Shown: piece after piece, positions 50,610 through 60,358 of the stretch
How positions within the stretch are numbered: position 1 is the stretch's first letter
Layout: each line of letters begins with the position of its first letter
NCBI GenBank assembly: GCA_039030515.1
Contig: JBCCEA010000002.1
Location: 128,001-192,000, forward strand
Direction of reading: 5' to 3'
Origin: Myxococcota bacterium
GTDB lineage: Bacteria > Myxococcota_A > Polyangia > Polyangiales > Houyiibacteriaceae
DNA length: 64,000 nt
Program-made: the position numbers and the translations under genes
Notes under the pieces: model-generated
Seen by the model: only the letters and a program-made list of their open reading frames with translations
Told to the model about the DNA's origin: nothing
Databases searched by the model: none

Positions 50610-51748
50610 TGCAGGCAGAGAAGCAAGTCGTCCCGATATGCACCCCTGACTCAGCCTACGCGGAGGACGTCTTTACGGTCATTCAAGAAGACGGATCGAC
50701 CGACGCCGCAAAGGATCCCAAGCTCACGGACGAGACGGTCGTCGAGCTCTATCAAGCGATGGTACGAACCCGCGCCATCGACCTAAGACTTGAAAAACTT
50801 CAGCGTCAGGGGCGGGTTGGATTTCACGTAGGCTCCCTCGGCGAAGAAGCCTGCATCCTCGCATCCGCGGCCGCCCTCAGGCCAACCGACTGGATATTTC
50901 CCTGCTACCGGGAGTTTGGTGCGCTCCTCTATCGGGGTTTTCCGCTTCAGGCCTACCTGGACAACATGTACGGCAACGCGGTCGATCAGGTGCAGGGTCG
51001 CCAAATGCCCGACCACTATACCGGCAAGGCGTACCACTTCGGTTCGGTCAGCTCTCCCATAGGCACCCAGCTCACCCAGGCGGTGGGCTTTGCCTGGGCA
51101 GCCAAACTGAAAGCTCAAGACGTGGTCACCGGGGTCTACTTTGGAGACGGCGCCACGAGCTCGAGCGAGTTCCACTGCGCGATGAATTTCGCGGGCGTGT
51201 TCAAGATTCCCACCGTCTTTCTGTGCCGAAACAACCGATGGGCGATCAGCGTGCCCGCGGAGCGGCAAACGGCTTCCAAAGACTTCGCGTCGAAGGCGGA
51301 AGCCTACGGGATGCCGGGCGTTCGCTGCGACGGCAACGATGCGCTTGCGACCTACCGCACGGTGCGAGAAGCGGTAGAGCGGGCAGCGAGGGGAGAAGGC
51401 CCGACGCTGATCGAGCTTGTCACCTATCGCATGGGGGGACATTCCACCTCCGACGATCCCCGGGCCTACCGCGTCGATCAAGAAGTAGAGGGCTGGCAGC
51501 AGAGCGATCCGATCCTCCGACTTCGAACGCATCTGGTCCATAGGGGGCTCTGGGACGATGCGCAGGAGGAGACATGGCAAAGCCAGATCGAAACAGAACT
51601 CAAGTCCTGCATCGAACAAGCAGAAGCGCGCCCCAAGCCCCCCATCGCTTCATTGTTTCACGACGTTCTTGAACGACAGCCGTGGCACTTGAAAGAACAG
51701 CAAGAAGCGTGTGAGGCCGGACCTCGCCCAGAAGCCAATCACGGTTGA
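50606..51748 (+). CDS. 2-oxoacid dehydrogenase E1 alpha (pyruvate or branched-chain)
   Basis: LQRQGR, GRQMP.H, FGDGATS..., NN.WAIS, TYR.GGHSTSDDP..YR. Confidence 0.93.
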   Translation: MMQAEKQVVPICTPDSAYAEDVFTVIQEDGSTDAAKDPKLTDETVVELYQAMVRTRAIDLRLEKLQRQGRVGFHVGSLGEEACILASAAALRPTDWIFPCYREFGALLYRGFPLQAYLDNMYGNAVDQVQGRQMPDHYTGKAYHFGSVSSPIGTQLTQAVGFAWAAKLKAQDVVTGVYFGDGATSSSEFHCAMNFAGVFKIPTVFLCRNNRWAISVPAERQTASKDFASKAEAYGMPGVRCDGNDALATYRTVREAVERAARGEGPTLIELVTYRMGGHSTSDDPRAYRVDQEVEGWQQSDPILRLRTHLVHRGLWDDAQEETWQSQIETELKSCIEQAEARPKPPIASLFHDVLERQPWHLKEQQEACEAGPRPEANHG

Positions 51749-51826
51749 TCGAGACCGCACGGTGGGCAGCAACCAATCACGGTGGACCGAGACAGGGGTC
51801 CCAACCCAAACATTCAGGAGATGACC

Positions 51827-52804
51827 ATGGGCCAAATGAATATGGTGCAGGCCATAAACAGCTGCCTACGTTCCGAAATGACGCGTAATGAAGACGTAAT
51901 CGTACTCGGCGAAGACGTCGGCAAGGTCGGGGGAGTCTTTCGGGTGACCCAGGGCCTCTACGAGGAGTTTGGTGAAGATCGGGTGATCGACACGCCTCTT
52001 GCAGAGGGCGGCATCGTGGGAGCCGCGATCGGGATGGCGCTTTATGGGCTTCGTCCGGTTCCAGAAATTCAGTTTGCGGACTTCATCTATCCGGCCTTCG
52101 ACCAGCTGGTGAGCGAAGCGGCCAAGTACCGATATCGCTCCGGCGGGGAATACACCGTTCCCATGGTCGTCCGAACCCCAGTCGGCGGAGGCATCCGCGG
52201 GGGCCACTACCACAGTCAGTCACCGGAATCGCTCTTCATACATACAGCAGGCCTCAAGGTCGTCTGCCCGAGCAATCCATTCGATGCCAAGGGACTGCTA
52301 GCGGCCGCGATACGAGATGACGATCCCGTCCTGTTCTTCGAGCCAAAGCGAGTCTATCGAGCCGTGAAGATGGAGGTACCGTCCTCCGACTACACCGTCC
52401 CTATCGGCCAGGCCAAGGTCGTGCGCGCGGGCACCGATGTCACGGTGGTCGCGTGGGGAGCGATGCTATTTGAGGCGCTGGCTGCCGCAGACGAAGCGCA
52501 AGCACAGGGAGAGGTCTCCTCGGAGGTCATCGATCTGCGAACGCTCTGGCCCATCGACATCGACACCATCGTGGAAAGCGTGAAAAAGACCGGGCGACTG
52601 GTCGTCGTGCACGAAGCGCCAAAAGCCTGCGGATTTGGGGCGGAGATCATTCAGCTGGTCACAGAAAAGGCATTTCTGCACTTTGAGGCGCCACCCGTGC
52701 GCGTGACGGGATGGGATACGCCCTTCCCCTACACTCTCGAAAACGAGTACCTACCTCTCAAACACCGCATCGTCCCGGCCCTAATTGAAACGGCGAGGTT
52801 TTGA
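51827..52804 (+). CDS. 2-oxoacid dehydrogenase E1 beta
   Basis: GEDVG..GGVFR.T, DTPLAE, EIQFADF, HSQSPE; AGGAG SD before ATG 51827. Confidence 0.93.
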   Translation: MGQMNMVQAINSCLRSEMTRNEDVIVLGEDVGKVGGVFRVTQGLYEEFGEDRVIDTPLAEGGIVGAAIGMALYGLRPVPEIQFADFIYPAFDQLVSEAAKYRYRSGGEYTVPMVVRTPVGGGIRGGHYHSQSPESLFIHTAGLKVVCPSNPFDAKGLLAAAIRDDDPVLFFEPKRVYRAVKMEVPSSDYTVPIGQAKVVRAGTDVTVVAWGAMLFEALAAADEAQAQGEVSSEVIDLRTLWPIDIDTIVESVKKTGRLVVVHEAPKACGFGAEIIQLVTEKAFLHFEAPPVRVTGWDTPFPYTLENEYLPLKHRIVPALIETARF

Positions 52805-52807
52805 ATC

Positions 52808-54265
52808 ATGCCCATCTTTGAATTCCGTCTTCCGGATATCGGCGAAGGAGTCGCTGAGGGGGAAATCGTTCAATGGAACGTCTCGGTGGGAGACGTCGTA
52901 AACGAAGACGACCCGATGGTCGAAGTGATGACCGATAAGGCCACCGTGAACATCGGAGCCCCAAAGGCGGGTAGAATCCAAGAGCTTCGCTTCGGCGTAG
53001 GTGAAGTCGCCCAAGTTGGACAGGTGATCGTAGTCATCGCGCTTGAGGCCTCGACTGCTGAGGGAGCATCTGCCGCGCAGAATCCGCCCACCAAAGCCGA
53101 AGAGCCGAGGGCGCAAGAATCTGCGGATGACGAGGGACCCGCGGCGACCGCAGTCGGCGACATCCGCGAAGGGCTGCCCGGTTCTCAGTATTTTTCCGGA
53201 GCGCAGGACGCTTTGGGTGCGTCAGGCGGGGCACTAGCCTCGGCACCAAGCCATCCCGTGTACGTACAAAGCGTTCCTCTAGCGACTCCAGCCACCCGAA
53301 GATTGGCTCGCAACCTCGGGATCGAGCTCCGATGCGTGACCCCCAGCGGTCCGGGTGGTCGCACCACCAAGAGCGACGTCTATCGATACCGAGAAGCATT
53401 TCTGGAATCTACTGCAGGCGAGTCCGCTACCGCAGAAACAAGAGCCGTTTTCGCCAGTGGAACCGAACGCACCCGCGAAACAGACGGTCATGTTTCAGGC
53501 TCATACCCTGCTGCACCATCGCGTGACGCTGCATCGGGTCAGTTCCCGCATGCAGCGGGCAGCGCTCGGGAAGTGCGCAAGCCGTTCGTGGGACTCCGCA
53601 GAAAAATCGCCGATCGAATGCAACATTCGAAGAACACGGCTGCACACTTCACCTTCGTCGAGGAGTGCCACGTAGACCGATTGGTTGAACTACGCCAAAG
53701 GCTCCGGCCCGCGGCGGAAAAAGAGGGAGTTCGGCTCAACTACCTGCCCTTCATCGCCAAAGCGGTCTGCATTTCCCTCAAGCGGCATCCGATCCTCAAT
53801 GCGCGTCTCGATGAGACTTTAGGCGAGTTGGTGCTGCCCGACTACGTGCACCTCGGAATCGCCACCGCAACCCAAAACGGCCTCATCGTGCCGGTGATTC
53901 GTGAAGCGCAGTCGATGAGCATTATCGAACTGGCTAAGGAGATCGAGCAGCGTTCCGAACGAGCGCGTTCTGGGGGTCTTCGTCCTGAGGAGCTCACTGG
54001 ATCGACCTTCACGCTCACCAGCCTTGGGAAACAAGGTGGACTTTTCGCCACTCCCGTACTGAACTTTCCGGAAGTTGGTATTCTCGGAATCCATCAGTTG
54101 AAGCAACGGCCGGTCGTGCGTGATGGCGAAATCGTCGTCGGGCAGGTGATGCTGCTCTCGCTCTCTTTAGACCACCGCATTGTCGACGGACACGTCGGTG
54201 CCGCGTTCGCTTATGACCTGATCAAACTGCTCGAAGAACCCGAGCGCATGTACTTGGCCCTGTAG
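52808..54265 (+). CDS. 2-oxoacid dehydrogenase E2 dihydrolipoamide acyltransferase (called pdhC below for brevity)
   Basis: Lipoyl domain (LPDIGEGV.EGEI, VMTDKAT), E3-binding ATPATRRLA, catalytic DHRIVDG. Confidence 0.95.
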   Translation: MPIFEFRLPDIGEGVAEGEIVQWNVSVGDVVNEDDPMVEVMTDKATVNIGAPKAGRIQELRFGVGEVAQVGQVIVVIALEASTAEGASAAQNPPTKAEEPRAQESADDEGPAATAVGDIREGLPGSQYFSGAQDALGASGGALASAPSHPVYVQSVPLATPATRRLARNLGIELRCVTPSGPGGRTTKSDVYRYREAFLESTAGESATAETRAVFASGTERTRETDGHVSGSYPAAPSRDAASGQFPHAAGSAREVRKPFVGLRRKIADRMQHSKNTAAHFTFVEECHVDRLVELRQRLRPAAEKEGVRLNYLPFIAKAVCISLKRHPILNARLDETLGELVLPDYVHLGIATATQNGLIVPVIREAQSMSIIELAKEIEQRSERARSGGLRPEELTGSTFTLTSLGKQGGLFATPVLNFPEVGILGIHQLKQRPVVRDGEIVVGQVMLLSLSLDHRIVDGHVGAAFAYDLIKLLEEPERMYLAL

Positions 54266-54393
54266 CGATTTAGTATAGCGACTAAAGATGCGCGAAACCG
54301 GCAGCTATCGAGCGACGCAAACAAAACAGAGGTCCGTAAGAGATAGCGCTTACTCCAGTCAAAGAGCGCGGACGTGGGCTCGGTCGCGAAGTT

Positions 54394-56103
54394 TCACTTT
54401 AGAGTTAACCGGCAGCGCGTCATCTTCAGTCCGCCCCTCATCCAAAAGTCTACTTGGTAGGTGGCCGAGTGACGTGTCTTGTGATGACCCATCCCAAAGA
54501 CGACCAGTTTCCGGACGGACAGCCCTCCACGAAACTCGGTCGTTTGATAAAAAAACAGGGTGAAGCGACCGGGTGTCGTTCGATGATAGACAGCGGCGGA
54601 TGCAGGAATTTCTTTTTGTACCTCCGGCGGTAGTGTTGAGCGGTCCGTACGTCTGGCCTTCTCTACTCGGCTGACATGGTGATTCATCGCGTCTTTGGTC
54701 TTCAACGCAGCATAAATCCTTGCGCAGACTTGCCAGAAACCATCTAATTCATTACCCCAAGAGACCTCGCACTGCATGGCTGCGGCAGTCCGTGACGCAG
54801 AGCTGCCGGATTCTGGCAAGGGTACGACACGCCGCCGAGGTGGTGGTGCTTGCTTCGGCCTTAAGTCGTTCTTCTTAGCTCGAGTCGTCGGTGCACGCGC
54901 TGGACTGATTGAGTTGAGGAACTTCGGGTCAGAGATGTGTGTGGTTGCTGCCTCCACCATCTTTGGATCGTAGTCGCCGCGTCGGACCGCAGAAAACGCA
55001 TTTGCGCTGCATGACCACGCCACAATGCCTGAATTCTAGTCGCTGCGTTGGGTCGGTAGTTTTGTTTTGCTTCTTGCGAAAGACGCGCTCGATGTTTGTC
55101 GAGCTCAGGCAGCACTGTCGCCCGGGCTGTGCGACCACGATACCGGGTCTGAATTGCGGTGACGGCCTCGATACGCCCTTTTAATTTGGACTCCAAAAGC
55201 GTTAGGTCACTCGATACTTGGTAGAGATCATTATTGCATGTCTCTAAATCTTTGATCAGAACTTGAACCGATTCATATCTTTTATCGAAGTGTCCGGCTA
55301 CTGCATCTATGGGTTGATGTGAAATATCATTTTTGCACTCGCAACGGTCTAGCACAGTGTTCCACACCTTCACCAAGGCACAGAAAAGATTTTCGATAAT
55401 GAACAATTCTTGGTTCAGGGTATTCTTCCATTGCATCGCCATCTCAGAGATACTTTCAATAACATCCTTGGCATCAGAATCTAAATCGAAATTAATTCGT
55501 GATCGCAACAAACCAACTCTAGTTTCTATTAATTCTATAAACTCCAAGTTCGAAAAGTCTGCCAAAAGAAGCTCTTCAAGAGCTATTTGACATCGACGAA
55601 AGGAAACCTCGATCGCGAGAATTTTATTTTTTAAGGAGTCAGTGATTTTGCTGCTTTCATAATTACACATATATAGCCAGAGCCTAAAGCAACAACCTTG
55701 AGCCGATATCAACTCCTCGATATCTACTTCCCAACCATCATTCCATTGTTTGACTGCAAAATTAAATCGTTTGATAGCCTCTACAATCTGATTGTGCAGA
55801 GAACCCGCGCTCCCAGCGGGCGGTCCTTTGTCTAGGATCTTGGATATCGAATCACTAACGCATCTCAAGTAATAGTCACACGTGGCAAGAACCAGCCCAC
55901 TCCAATTTCGTCTAGCCAAGCAATACGCTTGAAATAAATGGAATTCTTGAAAAGAGCAGCATTTATCCTGGGGGGTATCGGGTAGATCTATCGGTCGCGC
56001 TCGGGAAGCGATCTGGGCTTGAGCCTTGAGCAAAGACTGGCCAAGTGGTGTCTTCCGGAACTTGACTGGACGCTGGCCTCGAGGTTCCTTTTTTTTTAGG
56101 CAA
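54394..56103 (-). pseudogene. IQ-motif protein paralogue 1, frameshifted (split across ORFs 54861-56180 and 54394-55023)
   Basis: Colinear with paralogues 2 and 3; IQTRYRGRTAR, IQALWRGHAAQ, IQRWWR; 1-nt deletion ~54929; homologous TTG start at 56103 out of frame across an A9 tract. Confidence 0.75.
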
Positions 56104-56321
56104 GACTTAAGGCTAGCACGCCCAAACACGGGGCGCTGTCTGATGAAGTCTCTCCGTGTGATGGAACCTCGGGCAACCAAAAATCGGATTCACGAATAAC
56201 ACGCTCACCATATGATTTTGTATACACTTAGATGTGCTGCGAAACAAAATAGGAGGCTATAAAAACAGTGCCTACGCCAGCCAAAGAGCATTGGTGTTGA
56301 TATAGGCATGGTAGCGAGATT

Positions 56322-58058
56322 TTAGTTCAGAGTTACCCTGCACCTTGTCCACTTACAACTGCACTTAATCCAAAAGTCTACTCGATAGGTGGCAGAATCC
56401 CCTGTCTTGTGACGACCTAGCCCAAAGACAACTGATTTCTTGACAGGTCGGCCTTCGCGGGATTCGTTCGTTTGATAGAAAAACAGGGTAAAGCGACCGG
56501 ATATGGTTCGATGGTACACGGTGGCCGCTACAGGAATCTCAGCTCGTACATCGTTTGGTAGTATGGAGCGATCCGTATATTTGACCTGTTGTGGTCTAGT
56601 GACAAGGTCACTCATCCCATCTTTGGTTCTCCTACCAACATGGAATTGTACGTGGTCCTTCCAGAACCTATCCGATGCATCACCCCAACGAACCTCATAT
56701 TGCATGGCTGAGGCAGGCAATGGCGCGGAGCTGCGGGATGCTGACGAGAGCACGGCAGGCCGTCGAGGTGGTGATTTACTCTTCCGCTTTGAAGATAGTG
56801 TCTTAGGGCGAGTCGTCGGTGCATGAGCGGGCTCGATTGGCTTGGGTAACGTCGGGCGGATAGAGGTGCCTGGTTTCTGCATCCAACATCTTTGGATCGT
56901 AGTCGCCGCCGCGACGGACCGCAGAAGATGCTTTTGCGCTGCATGGCCACGCCATAACGTCTGAATTCTAGTCGCCCCGTTGGACTGTATTGCTTCTCGC
57001 TGAAGACGCGCTCGAAGTTCGTCGAGCTCGGGCTTCACTGTCGCCCGGGCTACGCAACCACGCCGCCGGGTCTGAATTGCAGTAGCGGCTTCGATACGCT
57101 TATTTGAATCGATAAGCGCTAACGTTCCGTTCGTAGAGATGACAGATAGCCTTTCATTGCGACGCCAGTTACCGTCAATCGCAAAAACAATTCTTTCTTT
57201 TTTCTCTTTATAATACTGAACATATCGCTCTTTTTGCTCATCATAGATGAGCCTTGTTTTCTCGCAAGAAGCCAACATAAAGTTCCATATTTTTATGGAT
57301 GAAATAAAATCTTCTTTGATAGTAAAAAAATCATCGCTAAGTACTTTTTCCCAACCCTCCAATAAATGATGTCCGCTTTCTACTTCAGACATGCAACCAC
57401 GGCCAAGATAGCTATTATTCTGATCAACATACAAGCGTGCCTTATCTATTGTCGATTTCATACACGCACATAGCGAACAGTTCGATAAAAGAAGTTCTTC
57501 AGAAGCCACCTGACATTGCCTAAAGAAATTCTCCATCGTTTGAAGTTTCTCCAGTGTGAGGGCCGCGTTCTCATTGCGCTGGAGCGCATGCATAAAAAAA
57601 TTGAGGCTGAAGCAATGGTGTTGGGCCGATATTAATTCACCAATATCAGGGTCCCACTCATCATTCAGTTGTTTGACTACGAGATTAAATTGCGCAAGCG
57701 CCTTATTGATTCGGTCAATTAGAGACTGCATTCTTTGAACGATAACAGAGCCTAACTCACTCTCGACATGCGGTTTTTTGTGTAACATCTGGCCTATCCA
57801 TGTAGCAGCACCTTCCAGATAGCGGTCGCATATTGAGATAACCCGCCGGCTCCAATCCATTCTCGCCGAGTGATATTCCGGAAATGTAGAGAAATCCTCA
57901 AAGTCGCAGTTCATCGCCTCAGATATACTGCTTGAATCTTTTGGTCGAACTCTTTGACCTATACGGTCTTGAGCTACGGACAAAGCTTTGCCGTATTGTG
58001 TCTTCTTGAGTGGTGGAGAGACTGGTCGTCTGCCGGTTTTACCCGTTCCTTTAGGCAA
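56322..58058 (-). CDS. IQ-motif protein paralogue 2 (helical domain + IQ repeats + conserved C-terminal domain)
   Basis: IQTRRRGCVAR, IQTLWRGHAAQ, IQRCW; TTG-CCT-AAA at 58058 aligns with ATG-CCT-AAA of paralogue 3 (ORF open to 58169). Confidence 0.8.
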   Translation of the reverse strand: MPKGTGKTGRRPVSPPLKKTQYGKALSVAQDRIGQRVRPKDSSSISEAMNCDFEDFSTFPEYHSARMDWSRRVISICDRYLEGAATWIGQMLHKKPHVESELGSVIVQRMQSLIDRINKALAQFNLVVKQLNDEWDPDIGELISAQHHCFSLNFFMHALQRNENAALTLEKLQTMENFFRQCQVASEELLLSNCSLCACMKSTIDKARLYVDQNNSYLGRGCMSEVESGHHLLEGWEKVLSDDFFTIKEDFISSIKIWNFMLASCEKTRLIYDEQKERYVQYYKEKKERIVFAIDGNWRRNERLSVISTNGTLALIDSNKRIEAATAIQTRRRGCVARATVKPELDELRARLQREAIQSNGATRIQTLWRGHAAQKHLLRSVAAATTIQRCWMQKPGTSIRPTLPKPIEPAHAPTTRPKTLSSKRKSKSPPRRPAVLSSASRSSAPLPASAMQYEVRWGDASDRFWKDHVQFHVGRRTKDGMSDLVTRPQQVKYTDRSILPNDVRAEIPVAATVYHRTISGRFTLFFYQTNESREGRPVKKSVVFGLGRHKTGDSATYRVDFWIKCSCKWTRCRVTLN

Positions 58059-58239
58059 GACGTAAAACTCCCTTACAGCAACACTTAAAGCTAGCACGTC
58101 CAAGCGCGGGGCGCGGTTTGGTGAAATCCCTCGATATGGTGGATGCTCAAGCGACCAAAACTTGCGCAAATTCCCAAGTGCCCGTATCGACGGCTACGCG
58201 GTTCTGCCGTAGCCGCTTCCTAAGCCATGCAGGTGTTCC

Positions 58240-58420
58240 ATGCCTTTAAGATTAGACGCCATCGGCGCGACTACCGAACCTCTGGTTCACGAATACAGGG
58301 CTCGCGATACAATTTTGTATGCGCTTGGATGCGGCGCGAAGCAGACACGTCGGTGCTGCGTTCGCCTATGACCTGATCAAACTGCTCGAAGAACCCGAGC
58401 GCACATACTTGGCCCTCTAG
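58240..58420 (+). pseudogene. Chimeric fragment: maoC 5' end (58240-58345) fused to E2/pdhC 3' end (58346-58420)
   Basis: Near-identical to 60359-60464 and 54191-54265 respectively. Confidence 0.95.
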
Positions 58421-58541
58421 CGATTCACCGTGCTCAAAACGGGCAACCGTAGAGCAAGGCAAACAAAACGCAGTTTTCTAGAAGTGAGTGCCTACGCCAG
58501 CCAAAGAGCATCGACGTCGATGTAGGCGTGGTCGAAAAGTT

Positions 58542-60197
58542 TCAAATTAGGGAAACGTTATTCCGACGTATCCTAAGTCCGCCATTGCTCCAGAAGTTCA
58601 TTCGATAGCTCTTCGAACTACGTGTCTTGTGGCGACCTATCCCGAAGACAACCAGTCTCTGGACTGACCCCGCCGTCTGACGCCCATTCGGATAAAAAAA
58701 TACGGTGAAGCTATGGGGTATGGTTCGATGGTACACGGTGGCCGCTTTAGGAATCTCTCCTCGTACCACTTCCGGTAGGATCGAACGATTTGTTACTTTG
58801 GCTGCGGATAGGCGCCGGATAGAGTCATTGATCGCCTCTTTTGTTTGTTTCCCGCCAACATACCGACGGGCGCTAATCTCCCAGAAAACGTCAAACTCGT
58901 CACCCCAATGAACCTCAGGTAGATTTTTTGATTCGTGCGTTGATATCGGTTGCTTGGGGAATACATCATAAGGGATTGCCCGTTTGCCGGTCGTTTTCTG
59001 CCTAGGTGGTTTAGTTGCCCTCGGATTTGGTCGCGTCAACCGAACAGGACCTGCTCGAAGGCGAGGTACTCTCAAAAGATTTGTCCTCGCTAGGCGACCA
59101 CGCCACCGTGCCTGAATCCTAGTCGCTGCTGCGTTCAGTGATGCAAGTTTTGCCTCGACCTTCAGCTCCTCTGCCCGAGCTGCGTAATCACGCCACTGGG
59201 TCTGAACGGTAGTAGCAGCAGCTTCGAGACGTCTTTTAACCATGATTTCGAGAGAGTGTATGTCACTAGAGACTTGATAAAATCCATCATTGCGTTCCAA
59301 TAGTTCGTCGACTCTACTCTGAATGGAATTATATTCACTAGTAAATTGTGGAATAACTGCTTCATCTAAGATTTTACCTAAACCATCAATTTTGCCGTCG
59401 CAAGCATTGAATATCTCTGACCAAGTTTCACTTAATAGAACACAAATTCCTTCGTAAAGCCTCAATCTTTCGAGACTACTACTCTCCCATCCCTCGGCAT
59501 GCGCTGACAACGCGTCTAACTGGTTTATGTAATGACCAGAAAAAAACGAACCAGTCTGTGAAAGCAACTCATGTAGTTTATTTTTTGTCCGCGCTACAAA
59601 CGCAATTTGCGAGAATTCCCACAAAAAAAGATCGTCAAGCGCTACTTGACACTGGCTAAAATAGGATTCGGCGGTTTCGATTTTCTCCAGAAAAGGGTCA
59701 ATTTTTTGACTGTTCTCATAATTTTTCGATATAAAACAAAGACTGAAGCAGTGCACTTGAGTCGATATCAAATCCTCGATACAGACTTCTTGATATAGGT
59801 TCCAGTGTTTAACCACTTGATTAAATTGTTTGATATCATCTTTGATTCTATTACTTACAAGCACCGTTAATCGGTTGAAGGAAGAGATTGATTCTTCATT
59901 AGAAGTCGAAACTGTAGTCCTTAAAATCTCACTTAAGGATTTATTAGCGAGTTCAAAGTAATCGTTGCACTTACAGATAACCTTCCAGCTCCACCTCTGC
60001 CTGTCCGAGCGATAGTCCTCAAATGAAACGAGGTTATCAAAAAGATCGCGTTGGTGCGGGAGAGTATTAGGTAGATCTATCGGTCGCGCTCGGAAAGCGA
60101 TCTGGGCTTGAGCACGGCTCAAAGACTTGCCGTGGTCTGTCTTCCGGAACTCGATTTGATGCCGGCTTGATCGGCCTTTTTTTCCTCCTTTAGGCAT
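58542..60197 (-). CDS. IQ-motif protein paralogue 3
   Basis: MPKGGKKGR start; VQTQWRDYAAR, IQARWRGRLAR; shares ELISxQxxCF, CQVA and VYHRT/VVFGxGxHKT motifs with the other two. Confidence 0.8.
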   Translation of the reverse strand: MPKGGKKGRSSRHQIEFRKTDHGKSLSRAQAQIAFRARPIDLPNTLPHQRDLFDNLVSFEDYRSDRQRWSWKVICKCNDYFELANKSLSEILRTTVSTSNEESISSFNRLTVLVSNRIKDDIKQFNQVVKHWNLYQEVCIEDLISTQVHCFSLCFISKNYENSQKIDPFLEKIETAESYFSQCQVALDDLFLWEFSQIAFVARTKNKLHELLSQTGSFFSGHYINQLDALSAHAEGWESSSLERLRLYEGICVLLSETWSEIFNACDGKIDGLGKILDEAVIPQFTSEYNSIQSRVDELLERNDGFYQVSSDIHSLEIMVKRRLEAAATTVQTQWRDYAARAEELKVEAKLASLNAAATRIQARWRGRLARTNLLRVPRLRAGPVRLTRPNPRATKPPRQKTTGKRAIPYDVFPKQPISTHESKNLPEVHWGDEFDVFWEISARRYVGGKQTKEAINDSIRRLSAAKVTNRSILPEVVRGEIPKAATVYHRTIPHSFTVFFYPNGRQTAGSVQRLVVFGIGRHKTRSSKSYRMNFWSNGGLRIRRNNVSLI

Positions 60198-60306
60198 CAC
60201 GTAAAACTAGCACGTCCAAGCGCGGGGCGCGGTTTAGTGAAATCCCTCGATATTCTCAAGCGCCGAGCGACCAAAACTTGCGCGAATGTACAAGTGCCCG
60301 TATCGA

Positions 60307-60338
60307 CGGCTACGCGGTTCTGCCGTAGCCGCTTTTTC
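60307..60338 (+). terminator. Terminator-like hairpin upstream of maoC (duplicated at ~58191-58215)
   Basis: CGGCTACG-loop-CGTAGCCG followed by a T-tract. Confidence 0.35.
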
Positions 60339-60358
60339 CTAAGCCATGCAGGTGTTCC

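Noticed and set aside
54290..60300. Diversity-generating retroelement or retron behind the IQ-gene variation
   Set aside because: No reverse transcriptase and no template/variable repeat pair with adenine-specific differences seen
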